Shown here: positions 37,174 through 50,559 of the stretch, in pieces
Numbering within the stretch: the stretch's first letter is position 1
How the letters are laid out: each line of letters opens with the position of its first letter
Origin: Felis catus
Taxonomy: Eukaryota
Reading direction: 5' to 3'
Assembly (NCBI RefSeq): GCF_018350175.1
Contig: NC_058368.1
Location: 201,316,001 to 201,380,000, forward strand
Length of the DNA: 64,000 nucleotides
Notes under the pieces: model-generated
Told to the model about the DNA's origin: nothing
Seen by the model: the letters and a program-made list of their open reading frames with translations, nothing else
Databases searched by the model: none
Position numbers and translations under genes: made by a program

Positions 37174-39676
37174 ATTTGAGTTTCTTGTAGGAAACATAAC
37201 TAGGTCTTGTTTTTTTGGTCCATTCTGACAACGTCTTCTAACTGATGTACTCAGATAGATAGGGCCTTTAAAGTGATTATTAATATAGTCGGATTAATAT
37301 CTATCATATTTGCTACTATTTTCTTTATATTGCTTTTGTGATTTGTTCCCATTTTTTTCTTCCTCATTTCTTCTTTTACTTGCTTTGGTGGTTGTTTCAG
37401 AGTTTGCAATATACCTAGTCCAAGTCCACTTTCAAATATCATTATACTACTTCACGGGTATTGAAAGTACCTCTTAATTCTTCTCTCATCCCTTGTTTTT
37501 CAGCTTGGGGAGTTTCTACTGTCAAATCTTCAATCTCAGAAATTCTTCCCTCAGCCATGCGTAGTCTGCTAATGAGTTCATTAAAGGCATTATTCATTTA
37601 TGTGTCTGAATTTTTAATTTCTAGCATTTCTTACTGATTCTTTCTTAGACTCTTCATCTCTTACATTATCAGTCTGTTCTAACATATTGTCTACTTTTTC
37701 CAGTAATGTCCTTAGCCTATTAATCATAATTTAAAAAAAAAATTCTTGGTGTGATAATTCCAACAATCCTGATCTGAGTCTGATTCTGATGCTTGTTCAG
37801 TCTCTCCAAACATTACTTTTGCTTTTATTGTGCCTTGTAACTTTTTGTTGGAAGTTGGACATGAGAGACTGGGTAAATAAGCCTTCAATAATATAATGAC
37901 AAGGTGTAGGGAGAGAGGAAGTATTCTATAATCATATGATTAGTTCTTAGTCATTGGTGAGTCTGTGCCCCTGGACTGTGAACTTCACCAGTGTTTCTCA
38001 CCAGGGTTTCTCAATCCCCTACCCCCTCAGGTGTATGAGGATGGCTAGAGGGGGCTGGTGTTGGCTGTTTCCCTTCCTCCTGTTAGGTTAGGCTCTTATA
38101 AACAAAAGTCCAATGGTTTACGCTTTGGTAAAACAATGTTTCCTGAGGGTAGGTCTTGTTAAGGACAAGATGCTCTACTTTATTTCAAAGTGGTTTATTT
38201 TCCTCTTCCCCAGATGAAAGCAAAAGAAGATTTTTCTTAGATCTTCAGCAATTCATCCATTACAGTTCAGGTTTTCCTACCCTAGCACTAGTTTCTATAA
38301 CGTTTCTGCTTTGGGATTTCTGCTCTGGTAAGTTGTGTATCTCTGTCTCCTCCTGTCTGTTTTTCCAGTTTGGGGGGCAATAGTTTGTCTTGTGACCTTA
38401 CTTCTCTGTTGGATCTAGGAAGAGTTGATTTTTGCATGTTCAGCTCCTTACTTGTTAAAATGGAGTAGTGACTTCTAGCCTACTGCATGCCAGACCAGAA
38501 ACTTTGTGCTTTCTTTGCAGATAAATAAAATACAAGGCAACATTGAATTGTTTGCTTTTCCTTCATACTGAATGGTATTTCACAAAGGCAGCTGGTGACA
38601 TAAAGCTATATATCTGAATAAAATTATAACAATGGAAAATCTGTATCATACAACATAGCATAATATAACCATGTTGCTACTCAGAAAAAGATTAATCACT
38701 AATTGCAGTACAATTTTTAATTAAAAAAGGTGGGAACTAGAAAAAAATTAAGGATGTTCAATAAGCTAGTGATCAAAGCCAAACATTAAATTAAAATGTT
38801 TTCTATGAAAATATGAATCTGCTTATGCAGATTATCCCACTGAATTATTCCACCATCTGCAGAATTCGTGCCTTTTTGTTTGACTCATTTGTTACAAGTA
38901 GCTTATCAACAATGGCTCCCACTATTAACATAAATAAGAGATTCTTAGATGACTATAGGAGAGACAATTGGAAAGTCATACCCTGTTAGAAAAATTAAAG
39001 AAACCAGCATTATGTTTTCATGCTATGTATTACAGTATCAATGGGACTGTGCCCTTAAGAAATCCAGCTGTATTCCAAAAAAAAGCAGTAAATGTTAATT
39101 GTATCATGGAGGACATTGAAACACTTGAAGATGCTCTTTTTTGTTGATCTAGTTATAATTTTAATGCAAAATATGCATAAAGACGGAAGCCTATTCAGTG
39201 AATAATCTGTACTGCTGTCTGTGGTCAGATACACTGCTATTGAGAAAACATAAAAATCACATTTTTATTTAAAACATATTACCAAACATGTCTTTAAAGA
39301 TTTAATATTCAAAATATGTTTCCTGTATTGTACATCAGCAGACACACTAACCTTCAGCTTTTATTTATACGATAATGAATTATTCAGAGAAGATATGGGC
39401 AAGCTTTCCTAAATGAAGTATCCACTGTTGATTCTTGTGATCTATGTCTCTTAGGTTTGAGGCAATAATATGAGCACACAAAAGGCATCAAGAAGATTTT
39501 TGTCTATATATCTTTATATCTATCCATCTATTTAGTTATTCAAGTAGTTATCTAACATCTATCTTTGTACATATATTGAGATGTTAGAAATGAAAATTCC
39601 TCTTTAAGGTTCCAAATGCCCCTCTACTGAGAATGACTCTATAAGTTCTCATCACTTCAATGTAAATTACCTTTAA

Positions 39677-39786
39677 GAGTTACCTGGCTGGCTTAATAGA
39701 GCTTGTGAGTCTTGATCTCAGGGTTGCAAGTTTGGGCCCACATTGGATATAGAGATTACTAAAAAAGTAATAAAATAAAGTAAAAT
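39677..39786 (+). mobile_element. Short old tRNA-derived CanSINE
   Basis: cctggctggct...tcttgatctcagggttg...tagagattact; TSD aatgtaaa(t/a)taccttt at 39659-39674 and 39787-39802. Confidence 0.85.
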
Positions 39787-41929
39787 AATGTAAAATACCT
39801 TTGGGGAAGCTAAAACTGGGATTCATACTGGGGACTTTGGATAGCCAGAATTTCATGTGAAGCCAAAGGAAACTTGAAACCAGGAAAAAAGACTACCACG
39901 TGCAGAGACAAGAGAGAAAATAATTTAAGTGTGTTAAAAATGAAATTTATCCTATTCAGATTCCTAAATGAAGCAAATCTTTCCCTGGGAGCACTAAAAT
40001 TTCTCCCAAGTGCTGCCTTCAGTGTGATCCCTGTTGACAGATGGCTGCTATCCCTTCTAGATCAACAGGAAGGATGGTGTACTGTAGTTTATGAAAGGAA
40101 AATTTGCTTTTCAAAATGGCTGATGGTTGTACTATTGCTAGGGGTCAAGCTAGGGTTTATTTGATCATTGGAGGATCCAGTGTTGTCAGCATTCAATGGA
40201 AGGCTCAAGTTAGAGGCCATTTTGGAGAGATAAAGTAATGTGCTTTGAAGCTTACAATGACCCTCTGCTGTAGTTAGTGAGTCCAAGATTTCTGGGGGGA
40301 ATCTAAATTTACAACAGCTCTGGTGGGCCCCCATTATCAGAAGCAGAGAGAATAGGAAGTTTGTGTGAGATTTATGCCTGCTATTACTAACATATTTTGT
40401 TCATAAATATGTTTCATTAATAGCAACAGATGGACTTGTAGAAAAGTCGTTAAATGTAGACATAAAATCGTGTTCCATATAGCTCAGTTCAGCAGACTTC
40501 GTCACATCAGAAGAATGTCAAACAACAAAAGTTAAACAGGATGGAGGAACATAAGGCAGGAAAACACTACATCAAGAATAATGGGAGATTGTTAACCCCT
40601 CCAGGGATCAAATCAAGTAGAGACCAAATCAAACTATTTTTTTAAAAATTGAATTTAAAATTGTACAATTAGCTTTAGGGATCCCCCCCTCCTCCAAACA
40701 TCTGGTTGTTAGTGTCCTTTTGATTTCGTGAACTCTCCAGGAGAAGAGTGAAAAAAAGCATATGCCTGCTATCCAGAGGCTAAAAAATTTGGTTAATCAG
40801 GATGGTCTGAACTACAGTTCATATATGGTCATATCAGACAGTACCACACACAGAAAGGGGTTTGTAAGCAGACTGTCAGCAATCCTATTCTTGGATGCAA
40901 AGGATTATAAGCCTAGCACAGAGTAAATAGTCAGTTTTGCTTACATTTACAGAAGGCTGGACAAAAGGCTGCAGACAATATGCGCAACAAACTAGATTAA
41001 ATCCTCAACTCACGACAAGAGGGTCTTATATGTTGAAAGATGAAAGGGGATTTGTAACTCTGTACTTCAACTTTTCCAGTAATCAGGAACAAGGGTATGT
41101 TTGTGCACATTTTGTTAATAAATACATCTGTGGACATTATCATAAACATTTTTAGGTGACCTATGCACAGAAAATAAAGTGCACACCTATGATTTTAAAG
41201 TGGCCTCTTCAAATGGGTAAAGACATCCAATTTTCATTAACAGCGCAAAGAAAAACTTTTTTTTCTTCTCTAGTTTCAATTGTAAAGCATCACTTTAATA
41301 TTTAAATAGTGGCTATTTTCAACTACCATAATGAAATGGTACCATTTTTTCCTCTTCTAGTTTTCCAGACATATCGAAAGTCAATTTTATTGCTTAAATA
41401 TTTTAACATCCTGAAGTTCTTAAGAACCGGTTGGCATAACATTACTTCAGCCTGAGTGAGGAAGTCTCTGATTTTCAGAATTGTGCCCCAAACATGTTGT
41501 GGGAATGTTATTTTATTAGTTTAACACCTCAGAAATACGTTTCTCTGAGAACATAATTTTGAAGATTATTAAATTTGGCAAAACTTTCCAGCGAAATCCA
41601 CTGTATGAGAAATTGCACATTAACATGTATATGAAACTTAATACTTGAGAATAATATTCTGTCTGTAAATAGCACATTAATTCTCTCACATCAGAGATGC
41701 TGTTATGATCTATGGGGTGTATTTGTTCTTTTAGGCAACTGATGCGCCGCAATAAATTACATAGTAATGTACTATGTAAAATAGAAGAGTTAAGTGTTTC
41801 TAGTAAGCCAACAATAAACACCCCAAAAGTGTTTATTCATCTATATACATTATTATTAAAGTGTGCTTATTTTCTAAAAAAACAGTTTCTGATAATGAAG
41901 ATTTTTTTAATTTGTAAGAAAATAAGCTT

Positions 41930-42155
41930 TAAAAAAATTTTAACAATATTTATTTATTTATTTGAGAGGCAGAGAGAGAGAGAGCGAGCATGAATGTAGG
42001 AGGGGCAGAGAGAGAGAGGGAGACACAGAATCTGAAACAGGCTCCAGGCTCTGAGCTGTCCGCACAGAGCCCGATGCGGGGCTCGAACTCACGGACCGCG
42101 AGATCATGACCTGAGCCGACGTTAGACGCACCGACTGAGCCACCCCAGGCACTCC
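41930..42155 (-). mobile_element. CanSINE (SINEC_Fc-like)
   Basis: TSD taagaaaataagctt at 41915-41929 and 42156-42170. Confidence 0.95.
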
Positions 42156-43053
42156 TAAGAAAATAAGCTTCTTGAACAAGCCCTCCATTGGACAAGAAAA
42201 TTCTGAAAAGAAAAAAAAAAACATAAGAATTACATTTACATGGAAAAGCAAATGAACTATAAATGTGTTTCAGGAAGTGCCTTAATCTGACTGAATGTAG
42301 CATATGAAATATTTTTTAGTTTCCCAACTGGGTATGGATTTTTATGTTTCTAATTAAAATAAACCTTAAAAGATAAAATGAAATAAGTTACTCCTGCAAA
42401 TATTTACCGAAAGGGCTTAACTTTATAGAGTGGCAACATTGGAAGTTAAAGTGGGCATAGAGCTTTTGTATCCCTAATTGTATTCCAGAATCCCACCCTC
42501 TTCTAATACTATTGTGCAGACCGACCATAGCTTCCCTAGAGATATGGAGGTTTGCTTTGGAATAGAATTTGGGAAAGAAAGGACTGTGAACTCAAGTTTT
42601 GTGATCATTTCTTATTATATCTTCATATTGAAAATGCTTAGCTATGGAACACTGACATCTCATGTACATTTTATTCATTCATTCAACAAATGTTTGTTGT
42701 GTGCAACTAAAAAGACTTACTGTTTTAGGTACTGGAAATAGGTCGATGAAGAGAGCAAATAAAAATCACAATGTGCCTTATGGATCTTATATTATTACAC
42801 TAAGTGTTACTGTACTCAATATCTTTTGAAGGAAGGCTTATTGAATAAAAAGTGAAGGAACAGCCACTTGGGAAAGCCAGAAAAAAGCATTTTGAAATTT
42901 TGTAATTATGACCATTTTCCTATTATCACTGTAAGGAAATTAAGAAGTGTCAATTGTGAGTATACAAATTTTTTTGGTTAAATAATATTTTGAAGAAACG
43001 TAGCCACCTACCCATCTGCATTTAGGTTAAAACCTATGTTTCAAAAGTTCTGT

Positions 43054-43058
43054 CACAC

Positions 43059-43091
<33 letters not shown>
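43054..43091. repeat. (CA)n microsatellite
   Basis: Directly visible. Confidence 0.93.
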
Positions 43092-43096
<5 letters not shown>

Positions 43097-43966
43097 TTTA
43101 AGCATATTTTAATAACGTATCTTCTTTCCTAGGAAAATTTTTAAGTGTAATCAGAATCTGGTAACAGTTGCTCCTAGATTAGGAGCTAATATCATATCTC
43201 TATAGTCTGTAAGAGTCTGTAAGTAAATTCATCTTTATTGGAGGAGATAGCTTAGAACAGCAGGAGGACAGGTAAAAGAGTGTCCCGCTTGTCTGTTGGT
43301 GCCAGGTGGTATTCTTAAGATTAAAGGTCTTAAATTATTCATTCATAGTGTTACAAACTGACTGGCATAGGCCATTCACCGTATCTACTCTAAAGAACAG
43401 TTCAGAAGTAGACAAATGCTCACACTCCAAATTTCTCAAGATGAGAATTTTAAAAGGTGGGCAAAGCAATTTTGAGAAAAATAAGGATATTTTGGGTATA
43501 AAGATATGGGTGCCTTTTTCAGATGGAAATGTTAACAATGTTCAACCCTTTCTTTCATCCTCTTCCCGACATGGAAGCAAACACACAGCAGAGAAAGAAT
43601 TAGGCCATGAATTTTAAAGAGATGTTATTTAGAGCCATTCTGTAATAGGAAAATTTGGTTCAATATCATACTGCCCATCAACTATAGCCTTTGAAATTGG
43701 CTTTTATATTGAGAAGTTGACTCAATATATTGAAAGAATATATTTTTCATTTTTCTTTTTAGTATAAATATTATCTTTTCCCAAAGAAATAATGTCCTAA
43801 ACAATTACGAATCACTGCTGAATTTGTGTATTTTATATTGTCAGTGTTTATTCTATTTACCAAATATAAGCTTGTACAGTTAAGATATGTGATACATATT
43901 GTAACTTACATGTGTCTATAATCGCATTTTAATCAAAAATTAAAATATCATACATTTACTTTTCTT

Positions 43967-44189
43967 TTTTAAAATTTTTTTTTCAACGTTTTTTATTTAT
44001 TTTTGGGACAGAGAGAGACAGAGCATGAACGGGGGAGGGGCAGAGAGAGAGGGAGACACAGAATCGGAAACAGGCTCCAGGCTCTGAGCCATCAGCCCAG
44101 AGCCTGACGCAGGGCTCGAACTCACGGGCCGCGAGATCGTGACCTGGCTGAAGTCGGACGCTTAACCGACTGCGCCACCCAGGCGCCCC
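43967..44189 (-). mobile_element. Young CanSINE (SINEC_Fc)
   Basis: CpG-intact; short TSD tacttttctt at 43957-43966 and 44191-44200. Confidence 0.96.
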
Positions 44190-44357
44190 ATACTTTTCTT
44201 CTGGAATAACTGAAACAAAGATTCTTAAATAAGTTCAAATTAGGGATGAAAGGAATAGATTCCATTTTTAATTGTTTTATTTAAAATATCTCAACTATTC
44301 TCATTGGTAGTGATGACTAGTGATAATGACTTTGAACTTAAAAAAAGGACCATGATA

Positions 44358-44577
44358 GGGGTGCCTGGGTGGCTCAGTCCCTTAAGCGTCTGACTTCAGC
44401 TCAGGTCACGATCTCGCAGTCCATGAGTTCGAGCCCCACGTCGGACTCTGGGCTGATGGCTCAGAGCCTGGAGCCTGCTTCCGAATCTGTGTCTCTCTCT
44501 CTCTCTCTCTGCCCCTCCCCTGTTCATGCTCTGTCTCTCTCTGTCTCAAAAATAAATAAACGTTAAAAAAAATTTTT
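44358..44577 (+). mobile_element. CanSINE (SINEC_Fc-like)
   Basis: TSD aaaaaggacca(t/c)gata at 44342-44357 and 44578-44593. Confidence 0.95.
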
Positions 44578-45117
44578 AAAAAGGACCACGATAAAAATAA
44601 TGACTATCGTATACCTGATCTTATAATTTAAAATCTTAAGCCCATAAACATTTAAGAGTATTTTCATATTACACCAAAATGAAGTAAAATCATTTACAAT
44701 TTCTGTATAATGAGAAGTATAATGATTAGTGTCAGAGAATTAAACAAATACAGGTACTTTGGTTGCAACTATTTTGAAATATTTAGCTTCTGTATTTGCA
44801 GAGGGAAGTTTGGGGCTTACAATCAGAATATGGATTTGCGTACCCTCAAGATTGCCAACTACCTCTGGGATTCAGCTTGTTCATTCATGAAACAGGATAT
44901 ATTTTATCTCTTGGTACTATTGTGAAAATTAAAAGAAAAAATATGGGAAAATAACATGGAAATTATAAGTGCTATAAAACATGAAATAATACGGTAGGTT
45001 TCAAGTAAGCATTAAGTGTGAGTGGCCTTCGGGGATTTTAGAAAACACAACATACCAGTTGTGCAAGCATTGAATTTCTGACTCAATGGATCTGAAAATG
45101 GAGTCATCTGTATTTTT

Positions 45118-45337
45118 TTTTTTAATTTTTTTTTCAACGTTTATTTATTTTTGGGACAGAGAGAGACAGAGCATGAACGGGGGAGGGGCAGAGAGAGAGG
45201 GAGACACAGAATCGGAAACAGGCTCCAGGCTCTGAGCCATCAGCCCAGAGCCCGACGCGGGGCTCGAACTCACGGACCGCGAGATCGTGACCTGGCTGAA
45301 GTCGGATGCTTACCCGACTGCGCCACCCAGGCGCCCC
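45118..45337 (-). mobile_element. Young CanSINE (SINEC_Fc)
   Basis: CpG-intact; TSD ctgtattttt on both sides. Confidence 0.96.
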
Positions 45338-46189
45338 TGTATTTTTAAAAACTATACAGAGAATTCCAACACTCAGTCAGAACTTCTATGTTATTATTAT
45401 CATTATGCTAATCCTAAACTGAGATATGGGATATGCTACTCTTCTGTAGTCCCAAAGGTTTTTTTCCCTCCACCACAGGCAGAGGATGAGTGTCCAGGAT
45501 TCCCTCAAACACTTCTTCTGTAGATCATCCTTAATGCTCCTAAGAGGAGGATCTGTAAAGTAAACCCAATACAGAGACTATATTCCATGGAACAAGAAAT
45601 AAATACACTCTATTCCTGGCATCTGGAAATAGTGTTCCCCAAAAGCATAAAATTCTTAAGATCTTTCTTGCAATATTGAAGAGTAAAATTCTATTTCTTG
45701 AGCTAGAGAGGTTTAATAATAAAGAACATAGCTATTCAATATGGAAATGAGAAAGAATATGAAAATACTTGTCTAGACCAACTCAACTTCTGTCAAGTCA
45801 AGGGATTTATCTTACATAAATTATCACTTTTCAGTTAGAGTTAAACAATAATAAAGTAGCAATATGAGAAAGTCTATCAAACTAGTTATTTGGTATCCTA
45901 GAACTTCTCCCAACCAAAACTATAAAGAACATATCACTCATTTTTACACAATTAGTTAGTATGACCAAAACCAAAACAGAGATATTGTGACCTTTTTTCC
46001 AATTTTTATGATGTGGTCTTTTCAAAGTGAAGGTTGACTTCATTATAATGACAATGAAGTAAAACTTAAACGTTCAAAATTTCAAGAGAATCATATCATC
46101 AACATTGCTTCAAATGTTATCAGTTAAGGGTTTTTTTTGGGGGGGGGCACATGGAATAGGCATTACAATAGATAAATATTTTCAGCGTT

Positions 46190-46680
46190 AAATAAGAAAG
46201 GTAAATGAGACACAATCTCCATTATCAAGAAACAGTCTATCGGGAGAGGTGGACAAATAAACAGATCATTATAATTTGCTATTATAAGTGTTATGAACCA
46301 GAAAAGTATTGCATGTTATTGCAGGGCATAAGAATGCCTCCTAATTTTCATTGATATTGAGATGGTCAGAATAAACTCTTAAGAGAAGGTAGTTTTGCTA
46401 TTTTGTTCTTAAATGACAAAGAGTTGTCCAGATGAAAGGGCTAGAGAAAGAGCAAAAGCAGTCCAACAAGAGAGAGCAGTGATTATAAAGGTGTGGAAGA
46501 TGAAAGAGAGAAGTTGGTGATCTAGGGGAGAGAGAGAATTTTAATATAACTCGAATATAAGGTGAAAAGGAAAGAACGTAGGGCAAGATCGAGAAGGGTC
46601 TTGCATGGCATGCTAAGGAACTTGGACTTGTTCCCAGAAGCTGTAAGAATCCACTGAATGATTTAAAGATGCAGGTCTTA
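46190..46680 (-). mobile_element. L2 fragment
   Basis: Purine-rich antisense L2 motifs: gaagggtcttgcatggcatgctaaggaacttggact...ccactgaatgatttaaag. Confidence 0.6.
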
Positions 46681-47181
46681 TTTATGCTGCAAAGAAACAC
46701 ATCCATTAATTGAGTTTTTTCATCATTAATCACGCCGAGGGAAGTTGCTGAATTTAATAAAGGTCATGTAATGTCAGGGAGAGTGTTACTTTAAGGGGGA
46801 AAAAAGAACAGAGATCATTTGAATTCCTATCTAACATTGTGATTTTGCAGTTGGCAGATATTAGAGTAGTCCCACTCCCAGATGCACATGTAACTGCAGT
46901 CAATTCAGGTAAATCAACGATGTAAAATAAACAGGAATCTCTCTTACTGTCCATTCAAACAGCAAACAAATCTTCTGGTAATTAAATTTAGAGTTTAAAT
47001 AATTTGATACTTCTCTATTTGAAACAGTTGCCATGCCATATAAGGTTTATTATTCCCTACATAAAACAAATCCCTGGGATTAACAGCATAAACTAGACAG
47101 AAATCAACTGAAATTTTTGGTTCTGTTGCAAGCAAACTCAATATTGAGTTGAACTTTGACTTTAAAAATTAACAATTGCCA

Positions 47182-47398
47182 GGGGCGCCTGGATGGCTCA
47201 GTCGGTTGAGTGTCCGACTTCGGCTCAGATCATGGTCTCACGGTTCGTGGGTTCGAGCCCTTTGTCAGGCTCTCTGCTGACAGCTCGGAGCCTGAAGCCT
47301 GCTTCATGTTCTATGTCTCCTTCTCTCTCTACCCCTCCCCTGCTAGCGCTGTGCCCCTCTCTCTCAAAAATAAATGAACATTGAAAAAAAATTTTTTA
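47182..47398 (+). mobile_element. CanSINE (SINEC_Fc-like)
   Basis: GGGGCGCCTGGATGGCTCAGTCGGTTGAG head, CT tract, A tail. Confidence 0.94.
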
Positions 47399-47669
47399 AA
47401 TTAATAACCACCTTTGTCAATGTATTCCAAAAAATACTAGACTAAAACAGTGGTTGGTAATATTTGTATTCATTTCATATGTTTACATGTCCCTAATAAC
47501 TTCATTTATATCAAAATTTAGTTTAGCATCCATTAAAATGTAAGAGCATACTTTCTTAGAATTCACATAAAAGTCTCTTATACTGGCCTCACCTCCATTT
47601 TATGTGACTAAAATACATAGGTGATATGTTTATTGGGCAAAGATTAGACTATTAAGAATAGATTATATA

Positions 47670-48261
47670 TTGTGACTTTTTAAATCTGATACCAAAAGCA
47701 GAAGCAAAAAAGGCAAAAATTAATGAGTGGGACTATATCATACTAAAAAGCTTCTACACAGCAAAGGAATCAAAACAAAATGAAAAGACAATTTACTGAA
47801 TGTGAGAAAATATTTGCAAATCATATGTATGATAAGGGGCTGATGTCAAAAACATACAAAGAACTCATATAGCTCAATGGCAAAAAAAACAACAAAGAAA
47901 AATAATCTGATTTAAAAATGGTAAGACATTTAAAAATATCACCTCACATCTGTTAGAGAGACTATGATAAAAAAGACAAGAAATAACAAGTGTTGGCAAG
48001 AATGTGGAGAAACAGGAAACTTTTGTGTACTGTTTGTGAAAATGTAAATTGGTTCAGCCACTATGAAAAACAGCATGGGACTTTCTCAGAAAATTTAAAA
48101 TAGAACTGCTATATGAGCCATAAATTCCACTTCTAGATGTTTATCAAAAAAAAACCCACTAACTCAAAAAGATATATGCACCCTATATTTATTGTAGCAT
48201 CATTTACAATAGCCAACATATTGACAAAACTTAAGTGTCTATCAATGGATGAATGGACAAA

Positions 48262-48302
<41 letters not shown>

Positions 48303-48332
48303 TATATATACATATATATGTGTGTATATATA

Positions 48333-48365
<33 letters not shown>

Positions 48366-48625
48366 CAGCCGTAAAAAGTTTAAGATCTTGACATTCGTGA
48401 CAACATGGATGGATCTAGGGCATTATGATAAGTGAAATAAGTCAGACAGAGAAAGACCAATATCAGATAATCTCTCTTATATTTGGAATCTAAAAACAAA
48501 ACAAACAAAACCCAAAAAACAGTCCTATAGATACAGAGAACAGATTGGTGGTTTCCAGGTTGGGGGGTGGGGTGGGAGAAATGGGTAAACAGGGCATAAA
48601 TTTATTTTAAAATGTAAAAAGCTTA
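47670..48625 (+). mobile_element. 5'-truncated carnivore L1 (ORF2 end + 3'UTR) with internal deletion near 47925
   Basis: gagtgggactatatcatactaaaaagcttctacacagcaaaggaa...caacatggatggatctagggcattatgataagtgaaataagtcagacagagaaagac. Confidence 0.9.
48264..48362. repeat. Quasi-palindromic (TA)n(CA)n...(TG)n(TA)n microsatellite inside L1
   Basis: Directly visible. Confidence 0.93.
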
Positions 48626-49598
48626 AAATTTTTTGAAAGAATCTTGAGTTATAGATTTATGACATAATTTCATTGAAGGAAGTAGGTGGAATATATTAAG
48701 TAATATTGATTTACTAATATTTCAAACAACATAAACTCATAAAATGTGCCACTCATACTTTTTCTAAATAAATTATTTTGCATATTCCAACTAATAAAAA
48801 CTAATCAGTGCTAGGACCGGAGAAGACAGTATAGAGAAAAACACATGGGTCAGTGTGTTGAAGAGGGGGATGAACATAGGTGATGTTTGAAGTCAATACT
48901 GGGAAGCTCTCATGAGATCTTGCCCAAGAGAAGGAAACTTGAACATATGAAAACTTCATACTGTTTAAGGATGCATCAAAACCCCATTTCTTATTCTGAT
49001 TCTGTCATTCATTCAGCAGTTAGCAGAATGCTTGGCATGTAGTGGACCATGAGTAAATAAATAATGAATGAGTAAATGCATATGGTAAGCATTCAAAGCT
49101 TCATGGAAAGCCTGGAACCCACATAGAACTCATCCCACTGAGCTCAAGGACAGATACTCCCCACAAAAATCACAGAATCAAAGTCTAGTAGATTAATCAA
49201 TGATACAAAATATTAAGTTACTTGTATCCGTTTTCTTAATTGGATATAATAGAATACAGCAATAGGTTAACTTAGCTGTGAAATTGTGAAATCTAATAAT
49301 CATACAGACTAGTAAATTAAAGAATGGTTCCCTGAAGAGTACTCTCAGGTAGATTTTTATGATTCTACCGGGCAAAATTCTGCAACCTAACTTTAGGGAA
49401 TCTGCATTTTGAGTGAAAGACTTTACACAAAGAATTAGTGTAAAGGGGTATGCAGGGTATGAGTGTCCAGACCACAGAGAAAATTTTAAATAGTCTTAGT
49501 AGATCGCACCTAAGGTCTTTTTTTAACTTAAAGTGATTAATCAGATGTGATATAGTGACTGGGGTAATTAGTTCCCATTTGGCATGACTTTTGGGGAT

Positions 49599-50020
49599 AT
49601 GCTAGATATTTTCTATTTGTCCCTTCATATCCATTCTCCACTTTATCCTGTGCCCCAGAGGTTGAACTCTATAATCTTCAATTTGGGTCCTCCTGACCCA
49701 AGATGGAGGGTGGAAAGAGAGAAAGGTCAGGGAAATTATATTTCCTTCTTGTTTGTCCTCAGTTTGTCAGTGACTGTATTCTTCTATAGGCCACATCTCC
49801 TGTTAGGCAGATTGTCCTCCCTTACAATGACAGCTATAACTCTTTCCAGGTTATGGTAACAACTCCCTCAACTTACCTCTTCAGGCCTAGAGATGCGTAA
49901 GGCTCTCTGATATTGCTACCTCTGGGGTACTGCACCATTTCTTGTTGGTGCCATAAACCTCAAATCTTTGCAAATAGTCTCTTTATTAAAATCCCTTCAA
50001 TAATCTTCTTCGGGTCTGCT
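49599..50020 (+). mobile_element. ERVL solo LTR, LTR41-like
   Basis: gatattttctatttgtcccttcatatccattctccac...cttcaggcctagag...ggggtactgcaccat...aaatagtctctttattaaa matches recalled LTR41 consensus. Confidence 0.72.
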
Positions 50021-50559
50021 CTTAAATTAAAGGCTATTAAATTGAGATAAATACTTCAAATCATCCTGAGATAATTTGTACCCTCTACTTTGTTTCAGTG
50101 AATCCATTTTATGAGCAACCATAACCCAAAACCACTTTTGGTTCTAAGGACTAAGCTTAACATTTTCCACTGAGATTTGCTGGAGTAAAATTTTGCTGTT
50201 CGTGTAAGTTGCTTATGAAAGGGTTTAATTTTAAGCCCTTTTGAATGTCTTTATAGATTCCTAAGAATTCTAAAAAAAAAAAAAAAAAATCCTTGGAGGC
50301 TTTTCTTGGCTTTCCATTTGTTTGTGTCAAAATAAGAATCCAGGAGACAACCCGTAATCGCTCAGCTGTGGGGCAGTCAGGGCACATTTCAACATGTCTG
50401 CCATCAGCTGTTGAATCAGAGAATATCTCTGACATGCCCTCTCTGCCTCCACTGCCTTAAAAACTCATTTTGCCATCCCATTTATCCTAAGACTCAGGGC
50501 AGCAATACCAAGATGGTTGAAGAAGCAATAATACCTTTAGACTTTGTTTCAGGACAGTT

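Larger units (their letters stand above)
31808..38503 (-). mobile_element. Old L1 (L1MC-like), near full length with internal deletions, interrupted by younger insertions
   Basis: 3'UTR at ~31810-32500; ORF2 remnants KLNLNTDLTSFIKINSK (34211-34477), FQEEIIPILCKLFQKIE (35014-35241) and endonuclease-region SSSHGIFFQIDYILGHKTHL (36377-36562); 5' region inferred to ~38500. Confidence 0.8.
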
